Shown piece after piece: positions 56,815-64,000 of a DNA stretch of 64,000 nucleotides. A program made the position numbers and the translations under genes. Under the pieces are notes generated by a model. That model searched no databases and was not told where the DNA came from. It saw only the letters and a program-made list of their open reading frames with translations. Origin of the DNA: Caldisericia bacterium (GTDB lineage: Bacteria > Caldisericota > Caldisericia > JAAYUI01); assembly GCA_963674785.1 (NCBI GenBank), contig OY771555.1, forward strand, positions 1,184,001 to 1,248,000, in the 5' to 3' direction. Each line of letters opens with the position of its first letter. Position 1 is the stretch's first letter.

Positions 56815-57924
56815 TTACTCATATTCAATAGTTTCCGCTATTTCATCAATGAACTCAGGTTTTATATATTTCATTATGTCTTTGATTTTCTCGATACCAT
56901 TGAGTAATGATTCATATGATATATAACTGCATATATCTGGTAGTGGTGGATCAAGATGGGAAAAGGTAGGTCTAATAATCTGATTAAAAACCTTTTCTCT
57001 TTTTTCAATTGGGGCAACAATGTAAAGATTTATGTTGATATTTGGTTGAAGACTTATTAGGTCAGACATTCTTAGTAAGCCAGAATATATAGATGTTGTG
57101 TGTTCGATTTCAAATGCAGAAATAATCGATTTTCCCTTTAGCCACAATACATCTATTAGCTCAATAGTTTTTTTCGTACTTTCGTGAAAGTTTATCGGTA
57201 ATTCGTCAAGAAGTCCTGGAAGATTTGAAATAATACCATTTTTACTTTCCCTATTTCTATCGTTTTTGGGTACCCAAGTTTTTAATCCCAGATCATATCC
57301 TAATTTAGATAAAGCAAATTGAATATCAGTATGTGATAACAAGTCGTTAGTGAGTTTAATGTCATTGATGTCTTCATCAACTGGAATTGAAATTATCTTA
57401 CCACTTGCAGTCTCATCAAGTTTTGGTGTATTCTTATTCGTGAGCCACTTTTTATCGATTTCCTTTTTTATTGGATTTTCCTTGGCATTTTTAATAGCTG
57501 ATAGCACTAATTCCCCATCTGCTGTTTTCCACTTCATTGGAGATGATCTAACAAAAGATGTCCAGTAATGTTTTGGTTTATCTTCTTTGTTGAAAAATGA
57601 TAGCTCCTTAATTTCTTTGATAGGGACTCCATATTCAAAATCAATTTCGTCGATTATCTTTACCTTCATTCTTGATGGGAAAGGATCTGCAGAAAAAATC
57701 TTTTGCTTGTCATCTTCGAATGGTTCTGAGACAACCTCCAGAACTCCAACAAATCTAGATATCCCGATTATATAACAGAGCAAATAATCTCCTGGTTTGA
57801 TTTTTTGAACAATATTCCACCTAGATTTTCTGAATCCGGATACTTCTCCCCCAGCTTCTTTAAACTCAGTCCAACTTTTGATCGAGAAAAGGTCTAACCA
57901 GTATGTTCTTTTTTTGTTTCCCAT
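56815..57924 (-). CDS. EVE-domain + PD-(D/E)XK-like endonuclease (putative modification-dependent restriction enzyme)
   Basis: N-terminal YWLDLF...KIKPGDYLLCY...FVGVLEV..EPF...FP.R (EVE/PUA-like); C-terminal HTDIQ, IDVLW, AFEIEHTTSIYSGLLRMSDL. Confidence 0.75.
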   Translation of the reverse strand: MGNKKRTYWLDLFSIKSWTEFKEAGGEVSGFRKSRWNIVQKIKPGDYLLCYIIGISRFVGVLEVVSEPFEDDKQKIFSADPFPSRMKVKIIDEIDFEYGVPIKEIKELSFFNKEDKPKHYWTSFVRSSPMKWKTADGELVLSAIKNAKENPIKKEIDKKWLTNKNTPKLDETASGKIISIPVDEDINDIKLTNDLLSHTDIQFALSKLGYDLGLKTWVPKNDRNRESKNGIISNLPGLLDELPINFHESTKKTIELIDVLWLKGKSIISAFEIEHTTSIYSGLLRMSDLISLQPNININLYIVAPIEKREKVFNQIIRPTFSHLDPPLPDICSYISYESLLNGIEKIKDIMKYIKPEFIDEIAETIEYE

Positions 57925-57960
57925 ATTACAAATGGTATTTTCAATATATGTAATGTCAAA

Positions 57961-59628
57961 TTATTCATTTTGAGTATCTGAAACTTCTTTTCTCATCACC
58001 TCAACCACCCAATATGTTGCCTTACCCATCTGGTCTCTTGCGCCAATCTGGATGATTGTTTTGTATTCATCAGCAAACTTGACCTCAACGCTTCCAGTTG
58101 GGTGAACTGAACTTGCGGGGTTATATTTCCAGGAGCATGTCTCAATTCCAGTTTTGATGTCATAAACATGAATCTCTTCACCACCTGCGACCATGACGGC
58201 GTTTACACCCACTCGCTCCATGTACATTCCGCCAGGTCTTGACCATGCCATCTCGCCATCTGCCCCAAAAGCCAAAACTCCTTCGTTGATACCCTCTCTA
58301 CCTGGGAAGTTTAGGTCGTGGTTATCAATCATCTCAAGTGGGTTATCAAGCACAAACTCATCAAGAACCATGGATGATAATCCCTGCCTTATATCAACAT
58401 ACATTGTGCAAGCCTTGCCGTCTGTGAAGAAAACTATGTCATCTTTGACATGAATCATCTCGGTTGCTGGTCTGTCGACCTGCAGCGCCCACATGAAATC
58501 CTCACTGTTTACTGATAATTCATATCCGGTGAGGAACTCACCATCATACATCAGACCGATTCCGTCATGAAAGAAATCGTATTTGTTTCTAATAATCCCT
58601 GAGTCCTGGGTTCTGAAATTGAAAATATTACCGCTATCAGAGATCAGTAAATCTCCAGTGATTATTGTGAAATCTATTCCCTCTGTTGTGTTCAAAACTT
58701 CAACCTTACCTTCGGCTGTGATGAAGACATATTTTCCACTCTCGGTTTTGTATATGATTTCTCCAAGCTCTGTCACGTGGTTGAACCCGAGTCTGTCCGG
58801 TGTCAGGTTTTCATCAAGAGCTATGACATGAGAATTTACTCCGTTGAATGTTGTGAATTGCTTGGTTTTTTCATTGTATGTCACCAACGAATTATTGGTT
58901 TTTCCGAAAAACATTCCTTCAAATTTTTGGATGTCAATGCCCGTGAATCTGCCACTTGGAGCGATTGAGTTTGTTCCTGGTCTGACATCTTGAGCTCCCC
59001 AGTATCCTTGAATCAAACCCTTCCCGCTTAAAACCCTTGTCTGGATGTCTTCAATGACAAGTGTTGCTTGCTCTTCAAGATTGATTGCAAGTGGGATTCT
59101 TCCCTCAGAAAGTTCCTTTTCGCCGTCAAAAACCCTGACCCTTATACCATCGGTTCCTCTGATGAGGGTGTTTGAATCAAAGCTGACGAGATTTACAGAT
59201 CCTGCTTTTACGTATATTGGTTTTTTGCTTTGCCCAACTCCACCAACCCTGTACGTTCTGCTGCTGTTTACTGGGGCGATGAAAACAACCGGAACCCTAC
59301 CGATAACAGAATTGTTTGATGAAAGCTCAAGCCCTGACTCATCTGCAACCACCACTGTAAACAATTCATCACTTAAAGGCAGAATCCATTTTCTATCCTT
59401 GGAAAGTGCAAGATGGAGATTGCAATCATAATCCATTCCAAGGTGTTTGATTTTGACAAGTAAATCAGCCCCTCGGTTGTCGGTAGAGATTACCTCGACT
59501 GATTGTTTACCAGGGATATTAAGATTTGGGATTGAAGGCATTTTGTCAGATGATATATACCAGATCACCCCAATAATCAGTATCACACAAATTGCACTAA
59601 CTGTAACAAGAACCGTGTTTTTTCGCAT
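57961..59628 (-). CDS. Membrane-anchored beta-rich hypothetical protein (possible C-terminal propeller)
   Basis: Single N-terminal TM and a beta-strand-rich body; no recognised motif. Confidence 0.7.
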   Translation of the reverse strand: MRKNTVLVTVSAICVILIIGVIWYISSDKMPSIPNLNIPGKQSVEVISTDNRGADLLVKIKHLGMDYDCNLHLALSKDRKWILPLSDELFTVVVADESGLELSSNNSVIGRVPVVFIAPVNSSRTYRVGGVGQSKKPIYVKAGSVNLVSFDSNTLIRGTDGIRVRVFDGEKELSEGRIPLAINLEEQATLVIEDIQTRVLSGKGLIQGYWGAQDVRPGTNSIAPSGRFTGIDIQKFEGMFFGKTNNSLVTYNEKTKQFTTFNGVNSHVIALDENLTPDRLGFNHVTELGEIIYKTESGKYVFITAEGKVEVLNTTEGIDFTIITGDLLISDSGNIFNFRTQDSGIIRNKYDFFHDGIGLMYDGEFLTGYELSVNSEDFMWALQVDRPATEMIHVKDDIVFFTDGKACTMYVDIRQGLSSMVLDEFVLDNPLEMIDNHDLNFPGREGINEGVLAFGADGEMAWSRPGGMYMERVGVNAVMVAGGEEIHVYDIKTGIETCSWKYNPASSVHPTGSVEVKFADEYKTIIQIGARDQMGKATYWVVEVMRKEVSDTQNE

Positions 59629-59669
59629 GACATAGATTATAACAAAAAAGCTTTAAATGGAAATTACGA

Positions 59670-60986
59670 TTATTTATTACAGTTGTTCCAGTTGAATCTT
59701 CCAAGGGCTGTTCGAAGCTCTGCAACAAGATAAAGCGAACCACAAACAAGAACACAACCATCTTCTGGTGTTTTTTCGATTGCTCTTACGAGTGCAAGTG
59801 CTGGGTCAGGTTGCACCTCTGTTTCGAAAAATCTTCTCTCAAATTTCTTTGCGAGTTTTGACGGGTCAAATGCTCTCTGGTTATCGACTTTTGTTGTTAC
59901 AACAGAGCTGCTGATTGTTGATAATGCCCTGATGAATCTTCTGGTGTCTTTGTCTTTCATCATTCCAACAACAAGAGTTACTTTCTTGCCGTTAAAATGC
60001 CGTTTGATTGTTCTTGAAAGTGCGTCAGCTGATCTTCCGTTATGAGCGCCATCGAGAATGATGAGTCTTCCATCTTTTATCTTTTCTGCTCTTCCTGGCC
60101 AGCAAACCTTCGAGAGTCCATTTTTTATTGTGTCTGGTGTGATTTTTTTGAACCCAGAATCATTTAGAATTAATGATGCTTTTATTGCAAGAGAGGCGTT
60201 CTGGAATTGATGGAGTCCGAGTAGAGGAGTAAAAATATCCTCTATTTTATGGTCTTTATCAAAAAAATCCATGACCTGTCCCCCATCAACGATACCTTTA
60301 TCTTGGTAATCAAAATCGAATGATTGTCGGTGGATTTTTACATCGAGCTTATTTGCAACTTCTTCGATTGAGACAAATGCATTGTGTCTCTGTTTTGATG
60401 TAACAAGGGGTACTCCATGCTTTAAAATCCCGGCTTTTTCCCTGGCAATTTTTCCGAGAGTATTTCCAAGAATTTTTATGTGGTCATGCGAAATTGAAGT
60501 GATAACTGTGCAAGCAGGTTTTTCAATGACATTAGTTGCATCGAGTCTTCCACCAAGTCCAACCTCAAAAACTGCAACATCAACATTTTGTTCCATGAAA
60601 TGGAGGAATGAAATGATAGCAATAACTTCAAAAAAGGTTGCCTTGCCAAATTCATGTTCGTGTTTTTTGTTAACTTCTGAAACTCTTTTGATGAGGTCAG
60701 CGAATTCACCGGTTGATACGATTTGTCCATTAACCTGAATCCGTTCACGGATTCCCTGCAGATGTGGGCTTGTAAATAAACCAACTTTGTAGCCACTTGC
60801 CTGAAGAATCTCAGCTGTCATTCGAGATGTTGAACCTTTACCCTTGGTGCCGGCGATGTGGACAATTGGGTAGGCAGTATGAGGTGAACCCAAATCTTTA
60901 AGGATTGGGTAGAGTCTATCAAGACCTAGTTTTGAGCCTAAGTAGCGGATGCTTCCGAGGTAGTCGAGTGCTTCACAGTAGTTCAT
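59670..60986 (-). CDS. folC: Folylpolyglutamate synthase/dihydrofolate synthase
   Basis: HIAGTKGKGS, FTSPHL, EVGLGGRLDATN, WPGR, LDGAHN, GSLYLV. Confidence 0.96.
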   Translation of the reverse strand: MNYCEALDYLGSIRYLGSKLGLDRLYPILKDLGSPHTAYPIVHIAGTKGKGSTSRMTAEILQASGYKVGLFTSPHLQGIRERIQVNGQIVSTGEFADLIKRVSEVNKKHEHEFGKATFFEVIAIISFLHFMEQNVDVAVFEVGLGGRLDATNVIEKPACTVITSISHDHIKILGNTLGKIAREKAGILKHGVPLVTSKQRHNAFVSIEEVANKLDVKIHRQSFDFDYQDKGIVDGGQVMDFFDKDHKIEDIFTPLLGLHQFQNASLAIKASLILNDSGFKKITPDTIKNGLSKVCWPGRAEKIKDGRLIILDGAHNGRSADALSRTIKRHFNGKKVTLVVGMMKDKDTRRFIRALSTISSSVVTTKVDNQRAFDPSKLAKKFERRFFETEVQPDPALALVRAIEKTPEDGCVLVCGSLYLVAELRTALGRFNWNNCNK

Positions 60987-61037
60987 TTTGAATTCATGTT
61001 ATCCATTTAAACTGTTTTGTTAATCAAATGTATATAG

Positions 61038-61067
61038 AAAAAAGGCAGGAGTTTTTCCTGCCTTTTT
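61038..61067. terminator. Rho-independent terminator of the pckA operon
   Basis: AAAAAGGCAGGA-gtttt-TCCTGCCTTTTT. Confidence 0.8.
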
Positions 61068-61089
61068 AACGTTTCGGTTCGATGTGAAT

Positions 61090-62574
61090 TTAGATTGCGT
61101 CCCGGATTTCTTTGTCGAGCATTGGGAACTGTGCAATCCAGGCTTTTCGTTCTTCTCTGAGTTTTTCGTTTTTCTCGAGCCATTCTTGCTCTGTGAAGTA
61201 TTTTCTTGGGTCGAGTTTTTCTGCATCAATTTCATCACATTTGTCAATTATGTCGTAACCCCAGAAATCATCCTTTTTCCAACTGATTTTTCCAGCAGCA
61301 ATTGCTTTTAATATGCCTACTGAATGTCTGATGGAGATTTTTTCAGAGTTTCCAATTTTTCCCGTATTTAAAAGGATACATTCCATGTGTGGATTCTTCT
61401 TAAGAAGATCCATGATGTAGTTTCCTTCATCATCTTTTGGGCCAACAATAAATGGGTTCGTTCCAACGCATCGTTTTGCCTGACCAGCTTTTGTTGGGTC
61501 TCCAGCTGATGTCTCAATCGATTCACCAAGCATGAAAAATGCTGCTGCCTGTGCTGGAGAAAGCTTGGCAACTGGTGGGATAATGTCATCACGTCTTGTG
61601 ATGAGAACCATTATATCAGTGTGTGGAAGATCAACTGTGTTATCGGTGTATTTGACATCTTTTCTCTGCACGATACATCTTCCGTTGGTTGTATATCGGT
61701 AATTGAGGAAATCAACTTTTCCAGAACCAGTTACGTAAACATTTTCAAAAATCGCTGATTCGCTTGTTGCTGCTTTGTAAAGAACTGGCTGATGAACCCC
61801 TTCTAGCCCCTCGGTTTTGATGAAATATCCATGTTCGGTTCCAATACACCTTGTGTCAGGTGTGATGACCAACATATCATCCTGTCTAATTGCGACTCCC
61901 TCTTCACCCTCGAGGAAGTGATGATGACATGTGAGAGTTGTTTTGCCAGTTCCAGAAAGACCAAAAAGAATGATTCCTTTTTCAACGAGTTTGCCATCTT
62001 TATTCTTGACTCTGATGAGTTTTGAACCTGCATGGAGACCAAGGTTACCCTCAGTTTTTGCTCTGTAGATTGCCATCCTGAGGAAGGATTTTTTGACTTC
62101 ACCAAAGTAATCTGTTCCAAGCGTAACCGTTACACCATCAACTGCATCAACCAGAACTTTTCTTTCTGGCCATTCAGGGATTGCTATCGTTTTGATCGGC
62201 GTTTTTTTATTCTCCGGATTTTTTGGGAAGAAAAGGTTTGACCACATGAATGCGAGTCTTGCAAATGGTTTGGTTGTGTAAAATTCACATGGAATCTGGA
62301 ACTCTGGATTTTCCATGACGGACATTTCAGTTTTGATGACTTCTTTGTCTTTGAGATATTCTCTGACTTTTAAAAGAAGTTCTGTCTGTTCTTTGGTTGG
62401 TTCTATACCCACAACCTCCGTGAAAGCAGCTGATCTGTTTCTGATCCTTGAAACATATGACGGTGAGTTGAATTCGCTGGTAATTTCATCGTTCTCAGCC
62501 ATCTTTCGAAGTTCATCGGGTGACGAACACTCGATAAGTTTTCCAACTTCAAGTGGTTTGGTGAAAATGTCCAT
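61090..62574 (-). CDS. pckA: Phosphoenolpyruvate carboxykinase (ATP)
   Basis: GTDYFGEVKK, LHAGS, FGLSGTGKTTL, QDD, TNGR, LLNTG. Confidence 0.88.
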   Translation of the reverse strand: MDIFTKPLEVGKLIECSSPDELRKMAENDEITSEFNSPSYVSRIRNRSAAFTEVVGIEPTKEQTELLLKVREYLKDKEVIKTEMSVMENPEFQIPCEFYTTKPFARLAFMWSNLFFPKNPENKKTPIKTIAIPEWPERKVLVDAVDGVTVTLGTDYFGEVKKSFLRMAIYRAKTEGNLGLHAGSKLIRVKNKDGKLVEKGIILFGLSGTGKTTLTCHHHFLEGEEGVAIRQDDMLVITPDTRCIGTEHGYFIKTEGLEGVHQPVLYKAATSESAIFENVYVTGSGKVDFLNYRYTTNGRCIVQRKDVKYTDNTVDLPHTDIMVLITRRDDIIPPVAKLSPAQAAAFFMLGESIETSAGDPTKAGQAKRCVGTNPFIVGPKDDEGNYIMDLLKKNPHMECILLNTGKIGNSEKISIRHSVGILKAIAAGKISWKKDDFWGYDIIDKCDEIDAEKLDPRKYFTEQEWLEKNEKLREERKAWIAQFPMLDKEIRDAI

Positions 62575-62585
62575 TTTGCACTCTC

Positions 62586-62984
62586 CTATGAATTGATATC
62601 AACTTTTACGTTATCTTTGATGAATTCAATTATTTCTTTGGTTGGTGTCCCTGGTCCAAAAACAGCTTTTGCGCCGATTTGTTTCAGTTTTTCTGCATCA
62701 GCAGGTGGTATGATTCCACCAACGAAAACCGCTCTTTCTGAAAGTCCAGCTTCCTTCAGCTTGCTGATAATCTTTGGAACGAGTGTCAGGTGGGCTCCAC
62801 TGAGAATTGAAAGACCTATTACGTCGACATCTTCTTGTAGTGCTGCGTTTACAATCATGTCTGCTGTTTGATGTAATCCTGTGTATATAACTTCCATTCC
62901 TGCATCGCGCAGCGCCTGTGAAACCACCTTTGCGCCTCTATCATGTCCGTCAAGTCCTGGTTTTGCCATGAGAACTTTAATCAT
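62586..62984 (-). CDS. Cobalamin-binding small subunit of a methylmalonyl-CoA-mutase-family enzyme
   Basis: KPGLDGHDRG (DxHxxG), GMEVIYTG, SILSGAH, GGIIP, FGPGT. ATG 62984 overlaps the meaB TGA. Confidence 0.93.
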   Translation of the reverse strand: MIKVLMAKPGLDGHDRGAKVVSQALRDAGMEVIYTGLHQTADMIVNAALQEDVDVIGLSILSGAHLTLVPKIISKLKEAGLSERAVFVGGIIPPADAEKLKQIGAKAVFGPGTPTKEIIEFIKDNVKVDINS

Positions 62985-63922
62985 TTTTCCTCCAATTTGG
63001 TTTGCCATATTTCCTCGGCAAGTTGCCATGGGGCGATCCCCTCAATAATGGCTCTATTAATTCTGCTTTCTTTAAGTGTCTTATAATCACCGTTAAACAG
63101 TTTTGTCTGAAGCCAGTAGCTGACCTCAGAATCAAATCTCTCAAACTTTTTCTTGTCGCCGTAACCGTTTGATCTGACATACTCTCTGTGTCTTAATACT
63201 TCATCAAACAATTCCGAGATTCCATTGTTCCTAATTGCTGTTGTTGGAAGTATCGGAGGTTTCCATTCAAACTCTGAAAGTGAAAGCCCAAATTCAAGAT
63301 CAGCGATTAGATTGTCTCCACCAGGTCTATCATATTTGTTCACACAGAAAATGTTTGCTCCCTCAAGAAGCCCAGCCTTCATCATTTGAATTGAGTCCCC
63401 TGATTCGGGAGTTAAAACAACAACAACAGTATCTGCTTTCAGTGCCACATCTACCTCGGTTTGTCCAACCCCAACGGTTTCGATCAATATGAATGGGTAT
63501 GAGCAAAGGTCAAGGAAATCTGCAACGATGGATGTTGTAGGTGCGAGTCCTCCAAGGTGTCCCCTTGATGCCATTGATCTGATGAATACTCCTGGATCAG
63601 TGAAATGATCAGTCATTCTTGTTCTGTCGCCAAGCAATGCCCCTTGAGTGTAGGGGGAACTTGGATCGCATGCCACAACAGCACACTGATGACCCTCCTG
63701 TCTTATTTTACCAATGAGCTTTGAGACTAGAGTGCTTTTGCCTGCACCAGGAGGACCAGTGATTCCTATTCTCCACGAAGAGCCAATTTTTGGATATTTG
63801 TCCCCGAAAATTACACTGGGATTGTTACCTTTTTCAAGATATGAGATAATTTTTGCTTGAGCCTGCTGACTTCCCTTATAGGCTTTTTGTACTGTTTCAG
63901 TGTTCAATGCCTTTTCTTGCAT
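62981..63922 (-). CDS. meaB: Methylmalonyl-CoA mutase-associated GTPase MeaB
   Basis: [17 protein letters not shown]...GALLGDR, ETVGVGQ, KAGLLE, NKYD. Confidence 0.93.
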   Translation of the reverse strand: MQEKALNTETVQKAYKGSQQAQAKIISYLEKGNNPSVIFGDKYPKIGSSWRIGITGPPGAGKSTLVSKLIGKIRQEGHQCAVVACDPSSPYTQGALLGDRTRMTDHFTDPGVFIRSMASRGHLGGLAPTTSIVADFLDLCSYPFILIETVGVGQTEVDVALKADTVVVVLTPESGDSIQMMKAGLLEGANIFCVNKYDRPGGDNLIADLEFGLSLSEFEWKPPILPTTAIRNNGISELFDEVLRHREYVRSNGYGDKKKFERFDSEVSYWLQTKLFNGDYKTLKESRINRAIIEGIAPWQLAEEIWQTKLEEK

Positions 63923-64000
63923 TCAGCCCTTCACTTTTATAGTAGTGTTTTACTTCTCTCATCTCAGTAACAAGGTCTGCACATTCGAGGATGTCTTCCT
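63897..64000 (-). CDS. cobO: C-terminal fragment of cob(I)yrinic acid a,c-diamide adenosyltransferase (CobO/BtuR)
   Basis: Manual translation [33 protein letters not shown] matches the CobO/BtuR C-terminal ADLVTEM..VKH....G..A..GIE pattern. Runs off the window. Confidence 0.8.
   Translation of the reverse strand, partial: EDILECADLVTEMREVKHYYKSEGLNARKGIEH

Noticed and set aside
1-64000. CRISPR array, rRNA, IS element or prophage
   Set aside because: No regularly spaced repeats, rRNA-like segments, transposase, integrase or phage structural genes were recognised.

Overview
An AT-rich, densely coding bacterial chromosomal window. The many secreted 'stalk'-domain (Cu-amine-oxidase N1) and PQQ-like propeller proteins suggest a Caldisericota-like anaerobe (inference only). 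Housekeeping content: pstA-pstB-phoU, a PhoB/PhoR-like pair, tRNA-Val(GAC), DEAD-box and PIF1 helicases, trxA, cobB, trmO, folC and a cobO-meaB-B12-binding subunit-pckA operon. I saw no CRISPR array, rRNA, transposase, integrase or reverse transcriptase. Most notable: (1) a GTPase-less DUF4388/PATAN + V4R/MetOD1-like + roadblock cassette; (2) about 15 genes whose start codon lies 6-8 nt after a sigma70 -10 box with no usable SD, implying pervasive leaderless translation; (3) a secreted FN3-stalk family with tandem Cys-rich OB-like repeats (one member has about 10 repeats and about 60 Cys), near a stalk-anchored CxxC protein; (4) two apparent pseudo-enzymes, an M1-peptidase-fold protein without HEXXH (coupled to an unlisted 38-aa membrane peptide) and an NYN domain with TGNNNF; (5) a three-way-junction RNA starting at a predicted TSS upstream of a stalk+Fur operon; (6) twin 8-TM proteins divergent from an orphan ~10-PAS kinase; (7) a solitary EVE-PD-(D/E)XK nuclease and nested REP-like palindromes. 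All family calls come from motif recognition by eye; no searches were run.
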